64,000 bases of DNA from Hemiscyllium ocellatum (Eukaryota), in contig NC_083409.1 in NCBI RefSeq assembly GCF_020745735.1, positions 16,988,619 to 17,052,618 of the forward strand, in the 5' to 3' direction. Position 1 is the first letter of the stretch; every line of letters starts with the position of its first letter. This document shows, piece after piece, positions 12,547 through 23,049 of the stretch. A model generated the notes under the pieces. It saw only the letters and a list, made by a program, of their open reading frames with translations. It did not search any database and had not been told where the DNA came from. A program made the translations under genes and the position numbers.

Positions 12547-12838
12547 TTAGATTAGATTACTTACAGTGTGGAAGCAGGCTGTTCAGCCCAACAAGTCCAC
12601 ACCGACCCACTGAAGCGCAACCCACCCATACCCCTACATTTACCCCTTACCTAACACTACGGGCAATTTAGCATGTCCAATTCACCTGACCTGCACATCT
12701 TTGGACTGAGGGAGGAAACCCACGCAGACATGGGGAGAACGAGCAAACTCCACGCAGTCAGTCGCCTGAGATAGGAATTGAACCTGGGTCTCAGGCGCTG
12801 TGAGGCAGCAGTGCTAACCACTGTGCCACCATGCCGCC
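12547..12838 (-). mobile_element. Full-length HE1-like SINE with 7-bp TSD
   Basis: cagaaaa at 12540-12546 and 12839-12845; tail (taatc)n; paralogous site in cluster 2 (about 58950) is empty. Confidence 0.9.
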
Positions 12839-13892
12839 CAGAAAAGGGATAAACTAAATGTCAGGGTAGACCTCAATGGATAGGTGGACTGGGTAGTGCA
12901 TCGAAAGAAAAGGATTTCACGGAATGTCTACGAGATGGTTTTTGGAGCAGCTTGTGGTTGAGCCATGATGGAACAGGCAGGTGTGGATTCAGTGATGTGG
13001 AATGAGGCAAACATGATTAGTGAGTTTAAGGTGAAAGTATCACTCTGGATAAGTGACCATAATTCCCCCTGTAGTTTGAGAGAGAGAAGCTACAATCAGA
13101 TGGAACTGTATTTCAGTTGAGTAAAGGTAACTGCAAAGACATGAGGAAGGAGCTGGCCAGAGTTGGTTGTAAGGGGAGCCGAGCAGGTAAGATGGTGGGG
13201 CAGCAAACAGCAGAGTTTCTGGGGGTAATTCAGGAAGTAGAGTAGGAATTCATCCCAAAAAAGAAAAAAACATTCTCAGGGGAGGACAAGGCAACCATGG
13301 CTGATGAGGGAGGTCAAGGACAGCATAAAAGCAAAAGAAAAAGCATCCAATGTGGTGGAGAATAGTGGGAAGCCAGAGGATTAGGAAGTCTTTAAAGAGC
13401 TATAGAGGATAACTAAAAAAGCATTAAGGGTGGAGAAGATGAAATCTGGGAGTTATCTAGCCAGTAATATAAAAGAAGATTGCAAGAGTTTTAGCAAATA
13501 TATAAAAAGGAAGAGGGAGGCAAAACTAGACATTGGATCACTGGAAAATGAGTTTGGAGAAAGAATAGTAGGAAATGAAGGAATAGCCGAGGAATTGAAT
13601 CGATACTTTGCATCAGTCTGCACCATGGAAAACACCAGCAGTGTACCAGTACTTCCAGACTGTCAGGGGGCAGTTCAGGCGTGTAGTGGCCATCACTAAG
13701 GAGGAGGTACTGGGGAAGCTGGAAGGTCTGAATTTGGATAACTCCCCCAGACTGGATGAACTACACCAGTGTGTTCTGAAGGAGATCACTGAAGAGATTG
13801 TGGAGGCATTGGTGATGATCTTTCAGGAATCAATGGAGTCAGGGTGTGGAGGTGGAGATTTGATGGGGGATATATACCCCTTGCCTAAGGCT

Positions 13893-14071
13893 AAGGCCAA
13901 TTCACCTGACCCGCACATCTTTGGACTGTGGGAGGAAACCGGAGCACCTGGAGGAAACCCACACAGACACGGGGAGAACATGCAAACTCCACACAGTCAG
14001 TCGCCTGAGGCAGGAATTGAACCCAGGTCCCTGGCGCTGTGAGGCAGCAGTGCTAACCAATGTGCCACAGT
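13893..14071 (-). mobile_element. HE1-like SINE (partial)
   Basis: ggccaattcacctgacccgcacatctttggactgtgggaggaaaccggagcacc...ctgtgaggcagcagtgctaacc; replaces a LINE segment that is retained in cluster 2 (about 57890-58050). Confidence 0.85.
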
Positions 14072-14476
14072 GTCACCCGGTGGACTTGGAAGTGCAATGG
14101 TAAAATAGGGCTGAGTCAACACGGTTTCATCAAGGGGAGGTCATGCCTGGCAAATGTGTTAGAATTCTTTGAGGAGGCAATGAGCCAGTCAGGCAAAGGA
14201 GAGTCCGAGGAAGTAATGTATTTTGATTTCCAGAAGGTATTTGACATAAGATAAGCGCCCACGGTGTTAGGGGCAATGTACTGGCATGGACTGAGAACGG
14301 ACAGGTTGGCATAAAGCAGAGAGTGAGGAAAGATGGCAGCTGGTGACTGGTAGAGTTCTGCAGGTGTCAATGTTGGGACAATAACTATTCACGTTATACA
14401 TTAACAATCTGGATGAAGGAAGTGAAGACATTGTTGCTAAGTTTGCAGACAACATGAGATAGGTGGAGGGACAGGA

Positions 14477-14800
14477 GGGGCGGCACGGTGGCACAGTGGT
14501 TAGCAGTGCTGCCTCACAGCGCCAGAGACCTGGGTTCAATTCCCAACTCAGGCGACTGACTGTGAGGAGTTTGCACGTTCTCCCCGTGTCTGCGTGGGTT
14601 TCCTCCGGGTGCTCCGGTTTCCTCCCACAGTCCAAAGATGTGCGGGTCAGGTGAATTGGCCACGTAAATTGCCCGTAGTGTTAGGTAAGGGGTAAATGTA
14701 GGGGTATGGGTGGGTTTCGCTTCGGCGGGTCGGTGTGGACTTGTTGGGCCGAAGGGCCTGTTTCCACACTGTAAGTAATCTAAAGTAATCTCTAATCTAA
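14477..14800 (+). mobile_element. Full-length HE1-like SINE
   Basis: ggggcggcacggtggcacagtggttagcagtgctgcctcacagcgcc...gggttcaattccc (A/B boxes), tail gtaagtaatctaa; empty site in cluster 2 at about 57497. Confidence 0.92.
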
Positions 14801-15699
14801 AGGTAGTGTTGAGGAAGTGGGAAGGCTGTAAAAGGTCCTAATAGGCTCTGAGAGTTGGCAAAGAAGTGGCAGATAGAACACAAGAAGAAATACAAAGACT
14901 GTTTGCTAAATGAGGAAAGCCTTTGGAAATCTAAAGCACAAACCTCATTCAGGTTAACAGGCAGGTCCAGTTTGTGCTTGAGAAGGCAAATGAAATGATA
15001 GCATTCATTTCAATAGGGCCAGAATACAAGAGCAGAGATGTACTGCTGAGGCTGTGTAAGGCTCTGGTCAAACTGTATTTGGAATATTGTGGGCATTTTT
15101 GGGACCCATATTTTAATAGAACAATGTACTGGCATTGGAGGGGTTTACAAGAATGATCCTGGCAATGAAGGGCTTGTCATATCAGGCGTGCTTGAGGACT
15201 CTGGGTCTGTACTCAATGGACTTTAGAAGGATGAAGAGGGATCTTATTGAAATTTACAGAATACTGACAGGCCTGGATAGAGTGGATGCAGAGAAGATGT
15301 TTCCAAAAACAGGAGAGACTCGGTAACCAAGGCACAGCCTCAGAATGAAGGGCCGACTCTTTAGAGTTGAGATAAGGGTGAATCTCTTCAGCCAGAGGGT
15401 GGTGAATCTGTTGAACTTATTGCTACAGAGGGCAGTGGAGGCCAAGTCACTGAGTGTATTTAAGACAGGGATAGATAGGTTTGTGATTGTTAAGGGGATG
15501 GAAAATTCCTGTGGAGTAGGCAGGAGAATGGGGTTGAGAAGCATATCTGCCAAGATCAAATTGCAGAGCAGATTCAATGGGCTGAATGGCTGATTTCTGC
15601 TCCTATTTCTTAAAGTCTTCTGGAGAGTTTCCCAAAACCCTGGAACACTGAACTTACTGGACTGTGAGCCCTGCTGTAGCTGTTTATCAACAGATAACC

Positions 15700-16560
15700 A
15701 AAGAGTGGAGAGAGTGTGCATTTAGGTGGGAACTTCAGAATGCTTCCCAGCTCCTGGAATACCATGAGAGCAGGAAGTGTGGTCAGTGACAGCAGTTGGA
15801 GCTCCAGGTTCTGGAGCTTGAGCAGCAGCTGGTGTCAGTGGAGAGCATCTGTGAGGCTGAGAGCTCCGTGGAGAGCACGTTTCTAGATGTGGTCACTCTG
15901 CACCTTCAGAGTATGCAGGGAGAGAGGGAATGGGGGAGCAGCAGACAGTCCAAAAGGACCAGGCAGCGAGTACAGGAATCCCTGAGTGCCTCCCACTCTC
16001 CAACTAGGATTCAGTTCAGAATCCTGATGAGAATGATGGTTCATCTGGGGAGTGCAGCCAGAGCCAAGTCCCTGGCACCACGGTGGGGGGGGGGGCTCAG
16101 CTATACAGGAGGGCAGAAGGAAAACTGGAAGAGCGATAGTGAGAGGATATTTGAGAGTGAGGGCATCGATAGGTGTTTCTGCAGCTGCAGATGGGAATCC
16201 AGGATGGTGTGTTGTCTCTCTGATGCCAAGGTCAAGGATGTCACTGAGCGGCTGCAGAGCACCCTGAGGGGAGAGGGGGAACAGCCAGCAGTCATAGTCC
16301 ACATTGGTCCCAGTGATGGATGGAGAAAAAGGAACGTGGTCCTGCAGTCAGAAGGTTGGGAGCTCTGGAGGGAATTAGCAGCAGGAACTGAAAAGGAGGA
16401 ATCTCCGGATGACTCCCAGTGCTACATGCAGGTGAGAATAGAATCAGGAGGTGAGCACAGGTGACTGTGGGGCTGGAAAGAGGATCCATGAGGGAGGGCT
16501 TTGGATTTTTGTGAGGTGGTTTACTCGTGCAGTTAGAGAGGGTTTAAACTAACTTGGCAG
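15700..16560 (+). mobile_element. CR1 ORF1 remnant (coiled-coil + SGNH esterase-like); paralog about 55700-56550, minus
   Basis: MELQVLELEQQL...RMVCCLSDAKVKDVTERLQSTLRGEGEQPAVIVHIG (ORF 15796-16464; paralog 55875-56441). Confidence 0.75.
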
Positions 16561-16847
16561 GGCTGTGCGAACCAGGAGAGAATGTCAAAGAGGAACACAA
16601 AGGAACACAGAATCCTCAGTTCAGTCAATAAGTCACCTCCCAGTGGGAAGGATGTGGAAGAATACAAATGCATGAATTTACAGAGACCTGCAAATATGAT
16701 AGAGTTGTTATAAATGGGCGGGGCGGTCTTTAGCTTCTGAATATAGACTGGGATAGTAGCAGTGTAATGGGCAGGAAGGGCCCAGAGTTGTGAGAGTGTG
16801 TTCAGGTGAATTTTCAGGTGGCATCGGTGGCTCAGTGGTGGCTCAGG

Positions 16848-17167
16848 TGGGGCAGCACGGTGGCTCAGTGGGTAGCACTGCAGCCTCTCAGAGCTAGGGT
16901 CACAGGTTCGATTCCAGCCTTGGGTAACTGTCTGTGTGGAGTTTGCACATTCTCCCTGTGTCTGCGTGGGTTTCCTCCGGGTGTTCTGGTTTACTCCCAT
17001 GGTCCAAAGATGTTCAGGTCAGGTGAATTGGCCATGCTAAATTGCCCACAGTGTTAGATGCATTACTGAGAGGGAAATGGGTCTGGGTGGGTTACTCTTC
17101 GGAGGATCGGTGAGGACTTTTTGGGCAGAAGGGCCTGTTTCGACCCTGTAGAGGCTCTAATCTAATC
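16848..17167 (+). mobile_element. HE1-like SINE
   Basis: ggggcagcacggtggctcagtgggtagcactgcagcctctcagagc...ggttcgattcc...ctaatctaatc. Confidence 0.85.
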
Positions 17168-17169
17168 AT

Positions 17170-18970
17170 TGGCAGTGAAGAAGGCTGTCTAAGAATACAA
17201 TGGAATCTTGATCAACTGGGCCAGTGGGCTGAGGAATGGCAGATGGAGTTTAATTCAGATACATGTGAGTGCTATATTTTGGTAAGACACAAGACATGGG
17301 TGAGATCCCAAACAAATATTTCAGGTCAGTATATATTGTGGAGAAAGCTAGGGAATTTGGAAAAATAGTGATGTCTTGAAAAGAGACCACACACAAATGA
17401 GGAGACGCTCAAGATCTGAAAACACATAAAAGTAGTAGATAAACCCTAGGACCTGATCAGGTGTATCCCAGAACATTGTGGCAAACTAGGGAAGAGATTG
17501 CTGGGCCCCTTACTGAGATATGTGTATCACTGACAACTATGGGTAAGGTGCTGGAGAACCAGAGAGGTTGGCTAATGTTATGCCATTATTTAAGAAAGAA
17601 AGACTGTAAGGAAAAGCCAGGGAATTATAGACCAGTGAGCCTGATGTCAGTGTTGGGTAAGATGTTGGAGTGGATTCTGTGGGATAGGATTTACATTCTT
17701 TGGATAATCAATGTGGTTTTATGCATAGGAAATCATGTCTCCTGAATTTGATTGAGGAGGTGACAAAGAAGATTTATGGAGATAGAACAATAGACATTGT
17801 CAATATGGACTTCAGTAAAGTTTTTGACAAGGTTCCACATGATAGACTGGTTAGTAAGGTTAGACCACATGGGATCCAGGGGGAGTGAGCCATTGGGATA
17901 AAAAAATTGGATTGAAGATAGGAGACAGGAGTGGTGGTAAAAGGTTGCTTTTCAGACTGGAGATCTGTGAATAGCTGTGTGCCACTAACATTGGTGCTGG
18001 ATTCACTATTTTATAGAAATGATTTGGATGTGAATATAGGAGTTACAGTAAGTTTGTAGATGATATCTAAATTGGTACGATAGTGGATAGCGAAGAAATT
18101 CATCTCAGAGTACAGCGGGACCTTCATCAGATGGGGCAATGGGCAGAGGTGTAGCATATGGAGTTCAGTTTAGATAACTGTGAGATGTTGCATTTTGGAA
18201 AGGCAACCCAGGGCAGGAGTTAGACAGTTAATGGGAGGGCCCTGTGGAGTGTTGCTGAACAAAGAGACCTCGGATTGAAGATGCAAGTGCATTATTACTT
18301 GAAAGTGGGGTCACAAGTAGACAGGGTGATGAAGAAGGTGTTGGGTACACTTGCTTTTATTGGTCACTATTTTGAGTATAGGAGTTGGGACATCATGTTG
18401 CAGCTGTACAGGAGATTAGTGAGGCCACTTTGGCAATAATGTGAACAATCCTGATCACCTTGAAAATAGGAAGGATGCTGTTAAACTTATAAAGCTGCAG
18501 AAAAGATTTACAAGGACATGGCCAGGAATTGGAGGGTTTGAGCTATAGGGAAAGGCTGAAGAAACTGGGTCTATTTTTCCTACAGCATCTAAGGCTTCGG
18601 GGTGACCTTATAGATGTTTATACAATCATGAGGGGAATGGACAGGGTGTATATCCAAGGCCTTTTCTTTGGGAAAGGGAGTCCAAAACAAGATGGCATAG
18701 GTTTAAGGTGAGAGGCAAAATATTCAAAAGGGACCTGAGGGGTAACTTGTCACACAGAGGGTGGTATGTGTCTGGATCGAGCTGCCAGAGTAAGTATTGG
18801 AGGCAGATACTATTACAGCATTTAAAACGCATTGGGATGGGTACATGAATCGGAAGGGTTTTGAGGAATGTAAGCAAAATGCTGGCAAATGGGATGAGGT
18901 GATTTAGGATATCTGGTTAGTATGGACAAGTTGAACTGAAAGGTCTGTTTCCACGCTGTATGACTCCATG
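17170..18970 (+). mobile_element. CR1-clade LINE 3' portion (degenerate RT)
   Basis: YPRTLWQTREEIAGPL...KEKPGNYRPVSLMSVLGKMLE (17461-17745); MDFSKVFDKVPHDRLVSK (17700-17888). Confidence 0.8.
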
Positions 18971-19639
18971 ACGATGAGAAGCTGGAAAAGCTGAAACTTT
19001 TTATTCTGACACGTAAGAGTCTGAGGAGTGACCTTGTAAAGGTTTATAAAATCATGAGGGTCATAGAAAATGTGAATAATTCAGGAAGGAGCTGAAGTTT
19101 TGTAGAAATGGGAAAAAATATTCCTGAAGATCCTTCCAGGGATGAGGAACATCAGTTATACAGATTGATTGGAGAATTTGGGACTGTCTTCTTTGGCGAA
19201 GGCTGAGAGGAGATTTGTTTGAGGAATTAAAACCAGGAGGGGCCTGGACAGGGTAAATAGGGAGAAAATGTTCCCAATTGAGAAAGGATTGAGACCGAGA
19301 GAACACAGATTTAAAGTAATAAGTAAAAGTAACAAAAGTGAGAGGGGGAACAACATTTTCAGCCAGTGGGTGGTTAAGGTGTGGAATGCACTGCCTAAGA
19401 GTGTGGTGGAGGCAGCTTCAATTAAAACATTCCGAAGGGAATGAGACTGTTATTTGAAAAGGAACAATGTGCAGGGTGACAGGGAGAAGGCAGGAGAATG
19501 ACACTCAGTGAATTGCTCAGTCGGAGAACCATGACAGACAGGATGGACGGAATGGCCTCCTTGTGCACTGTAACTATTCTGTGATTGTGTGATTGAGCAG
19601 AGTTAAAGCTGGGGGAGGTGGGAGCTCGGTGTCTCACTG

Positions 19640-19641
<2 letters not shown>

Positions 19642-19674
<33 letters not shown>
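19642..19674. repeat. (CTG)11 microsatellite abutting an isolated RSS heptamer; paralog (CAG)6 at 53772-53789
   Basis: cactgtg(ctg)11 at 19635-19674; (cag)6cacagtg at 53772-53796. Confidence 0.95.
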
Positions 19675-20047
19675 AGGTCAGTGAGATCAGAGACTGGGAC
19701 AGGGAGCCAGAGCTCACATCAAACTCTGCCCCGTGTCCGTCACACTGAGACTGGCAGGAGGCTACTCACTGATTTCACTCCATGCTGCAGGAATGGGACC
19801 ACAGGCTGCAAATGGACAGAGCTCCTCCACACGGTGAGTAAAACTGACTGACTTATATCTTGCTTCTTAAAGGGGGCAATGGAACTGAAGTGGTACGGTT
19901 GGACAACTGTTAGACACAGTGCTCCTTAATCAACCATTTCGTTCACTGCAGCTCCCCACTAACACCTTCAACAAATCAGTAACTGTATTTTAGAAAGTGT
20001 GTTTCAGTATTGAAAGGGTTAATAACAGAGGATTGAGGTTTACTTAC

Positions 20048-20082
20048 TCAGTCTGAGCTTGGTTCCTTTACCGAACGTGTCC
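20048..20082 (-). CDS. IGKJ: Ig kappa-type J segment, cluster 1
   Basis: G GAC ACG TTC GGT AAA GGA ACC AAG CTC AGA CTG A|gtaagt = [11 protein letters not shown]; FGxG motif and canonical donor. Confidence 0.97.
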
Positions 20083-20121
20083 CACAGTGAGAGTTCCCAG
20101 TGCAGAGGCTGTACAAAAACC
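20083..20121 (+). promoter_or_regulatory. J recombination signal sequence, 23-bp spacer
   Basis: CACAGTG (20083-20089) + 23 nt + ACAAAAACC (20113-20121): consensus heptamer and nonamer. Confidence 0.98.
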
Positions 20122-20553
20122 TCTGCTCTCTGCTTCCCCCCCATCACTCTCAACATCTCCCTGTCTCACAGTCTCTCATTCACTCTCAACTTCTTTCTGC
20201 CCCTCTCTGTCTCTCCCTCATTCATGTGTCTTTCTGTCTCCATCTCTCTCTGTGTCCAGCTGGGCTTGGGAGCTTTGTGAAATTTATTTTTCGATATTAA
20301 ATCTTGCAGCTGTTCTTCACGCGTGGTCATGGAGTATCAGAGGGAAACTTGAGGCCTTCAGTGAGCGGTGGACACCACAGGGACTGGAGTGTGTCATGGA
20401 CAGTGACAATCCCAGCATGGGGTAATTTGTTCAGTTTCATTTGTATCTAATTGTGGATGTGTCAGTTCAGGCTGTGGGACTGTGTGTCCATTATTATACA
20501 TTTTATATAACTGATTGATGTGTCAGTGCATGAGGTGGTGCTGTGTGTCTTGA

Positions 20554-20581
20554 GGTTTTTGTATGGCTCTGTATCACTGTG
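20554..20581 (-). promoter_or_regulatory. V recombination signal sequence, 12-bp spacer
   Basis: Minus strand CACAGTG + atacagagccat + ACAAAAACC. V12/J23 is the kappa configuration; deletional joining would excise 499 bp (20083-20581). Confidence 0.98.
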
Positions 20582-20886
20582 TTGAGTGGAGCTGCTATAC
20601 AGGTTGTTCTGACAATAATAGTCAGCGACATCCTCATTCTGAACGTTGCTGATTGTCAGGGTGTAACTGGTCCCTGATCCACTGCCGGTGAATCGGTCAG
20701 AGACTCCTGTGTATCGAGATGTTGCAGCATAGATCAGGAGAGAGGGTTTCTGACCTTCTCGCTGCTGGTACCAACTGAGGTAGCTGCTAATGTCTTGACT
20801 GGCCGTACAGGTGATGGTTGCAGTCTGGCCCAGTTCCACTGACAGCACCGGGGGAGACTGGGTCATGATAATCTCCCCATTGATAC
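20582..20886 (-). CDS. IGKV: Ig kappa-type V exon, cluster 1 (open, unrearranged)
   Basis: (G)[101 protein letters not shown]; V-set Cys/Trp/Cys; acceptor ctgacccctcag. Confidence 0.98.
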
Positions 20887-21072
20887 CTGAGGGGTCAGAG
20901 AGAAACACAGTGAAGTCAGAACTGTCACAGAAAGAGCCTGTCAAATGAGAGATTGTTGGAGACACTGAGCATTCCTCTGGTTTCAGCATTTTCCCTTCAA
21001 TCACAAGTCAGTGGAATTGGAGTGAAATGGAGAGCAGCTAAAGATTCAAGGTGGAAGGAGAGAGATTTGTAC

Positions 21073-21121
21073 CTGCGACACAGAATGCCAGGGGCCAGAT
21101 CAGCTGGATGTGTGAAATCAT
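21073..21121 (-). CDS. IGKV: Leader exon, cluster 1
   Basis: ATG ATT TCA CAC...GTC GCA G|gtac = MISHIQLIWPLAFCVA(G); 186-nt phase-1 intron to V. Confidence 0.93.
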
Positions 21122-21181
21122 GGTGTGTGCTCCTGTCCCTGTGCCTGGTTCCTGATAAACTCTCCCTTCACTGGGCTCTGC

Positions 21182-21279
21182 TTTATAAAGCTGCAGCCTG
21201 TGAGAGTCTGACTGGGTGTTCCTCAGTATGTAAATGGCATCAGGCAGAGAGAGCCACGTCAGCCCCTCACACTTCCTCT
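21182..21279 (-). promoter_or_regulatory. V-kappa promoter, cluster 1
   Basis: Minus strand: TATAAA (21182-21187), octamer variant ATTTACAT (21228-21235), TGACGTGG (21254-21261), PU.1/Ets-like AGAGGAAGTG (21270-21279). Confidence 0.75.
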
Positions 21280-21660
21280 TCTCTCTCTCTCTCTCTCATC
21301 CTTTCTTTTCTTTCTCCCTTTTCCCTTTTTTCTCTTTCTCACCCTTCTCTTGTATATGTTCTTGTTATTCGTTGACTTTCTCTCTCTTTTTCTATTTCCG
21401 TCTCCAACTCTGTCCTCTCCCAATTATATAACTACTTATATCTTTCCTTTTTTCCATGTATGTTTGACATTCTGTTTATCTCCCTCCCTTCTGTTTGGTT
21501 GGTCTCTCTCTCTCTCTCTGATCATTCATTCTTCTCCTTCACTTATATTACTACCTAATTCCTCACTCATTCTCTCCTTATACCCTCAATCTCTAATTGC
21601 CTCACTCTCTCTTTGTCTGTTTCCCTCCCTCCAGTCACTCTCTAGCAGGCATTATTCCAG
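21280..21660. repeat. Pyrimidine-rich/(TC)n low-complexity tract upstream of promoter 1; (GA)n counterpart at about 52655-52700
   Basis: Near-continuous C/T sequence beginning (tc)n at about 21279. Confidence 0.85.
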
Positions 21661-21919
21661 GACATTGGAACAGTGAGTCCTGGGGCAGCAATTAAATGCC
21701 TCGCCCTCTCTCACTCAATCTCACAATGTACACTTGCTCTCTGTCTCTGTCTGTGTGTGTCTTCTGTGTCTCTCTCAATCAAAAGTTCAATGACATGAAC
21801 AGCATTTAACAAGTCTCTACTGATCATCAATGATCGAGCAACATCAATCCCAGCTTGGCATTGAGGGAGAGGATCAGCCATGGTCATATTGAATGGCAGA
21901 ACAGACTCACAGGGCCAAT

Positions 21920-21960
21920 CCCTAACCCTAACCCTAACCCTAACCCTAAACCTAACCCTA
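21920..21960 (-). repeat. Short interstitial telomeric repeat (TTAGGG)~7
   Basis: (ccctaa)5 acctaa cccta, embedded in a CR1 3'-end remnant. Confidence 0.95.
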
Positions 21961-22526
21961 CTCCTGCTCTCTATTTCTATTTTTGTATGTCTGTGTAATC
22001 TCCAATCTCTGTCCCTGGATATTGATCCCTCTATTCATGGAAAAAGTTGCCTTCCTGTCCACTCTATCCCTGCCTCTCATAATCTTTTTGCCCTTCAGCA
22101 GGTTCCCTCTCAACCTTCACTGCTCCAAGAGAAACAATCCCAAACTTTCCAATCCTTCCTCATAGCTCACACCCTCCAGGCCAGGCAGCATCCTGGGAAA
22201 TCTTTGCACCATCTCGAGTACAGTCATATCTTTCTCATAATATGGTGACCAGAACATCTCTGCACGTCTGTCTCTCTCTTTCACTGGATTGCCTCTACTC
22301 TTTGTCTCACACCTACTCTGTCTGTCTCTCTCTCTCTCTGTCCCCTCTCTCTCAGTCACACTGTCTCATACTCTATCTCGCTCTATCTCTATTCTTCAAC
22401 TCCACCATCTCTACCTCTCTCTACCTCTCTCTCTCCCCCGCTTTTACTCATCTTACACTGCCTGAGATTCTTTATCCTGCTCTCTCTCACTTTCACACCC
22501 TGCCCTTCTATGTCTCTCTCGTCAAC

Positions 22527-22564
<38 letters not shown>

Positions 22565-23049
22565 GCACACTCTCTGCCTTTCCAACAAGGTCCCAAGTGG
22601 TAAAAGTTAAATACAGGTTATATCTCCTCCAAATCTAATGGATGTTAACCCTTGACACCAGGAGTATGTCTGCTCCTGGAATAAAGGCCCATTTCCCACA
22701 TTGACCAGGGTTTGGCCTCTCTCAGGAAGACGGTCAGATTCTTGTCAAATGAAGGGCAATTCTGTGTTGTTGGCCCATTCTTACTGGAGACTGGTTTGGA
22801 CACAAACCTCATTCCATGAAAGCCCAGCAGAGGGAGGAGATCCTCAGGCCATCAGTTTGAGCTGGAGGGATAGGACAGGATCTGACCCATTGACCCATCC
22901 TATCCATTCACAACATGTTCCAATCCTTTCCCCTCACCTTCCCCTTCCATGGTCAAGCTCCAATTTTATTGGTATGAGGATTGGACCATCACACAGTTAC
23001 TACAGAAAGGAAATGAGCCCCACACTCACTACAGTATCCATGTCCCACT

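Larger units (their letters stand above)
11930..15610 (+). mobile_element. Degenerate CR1-clade LINE ORF2 region, interrupted by SINEs; shared with cluster 2 intron (about 56640-59600, minus)
   Basis: APE motifs LYLNAHSI...YDVVGITETW (12026-12298); RT-associated SQHGFIKGRSCLANVLEFFEE...VMYFDFQK (14060-14254); CR1 3'-end aatggctgatttctgctcctatttctt. Confidence 0.85.

Noticed and set aside
15622-15633. NF-kB-like GGGAAACTCTCC in both introns
   Set aside because: Mismatched to consensus and adjoining LINE-derived sequence; no excess conservation evident.
16384-16393. GGAACTGAAA, matching the mammalian kappa 3' enhancer EICE
   Set aside because: It lies in a CR1 ORF1 remnant and is not conserved in the paralog (about 55860-55875).
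20462-21004. 180-aa single-exon V ORF from the track
   Set aside because: It reads through the leader intron and the RSS; the true gene uses the leader at 21073-21121.
20953-21375. 140-aa ORF with a near-identical twin at 52623-53027
   Set aside because: Antisense read-through of the duplicated promoter/leader; similarity reflects the DNA duplication, not a protein.
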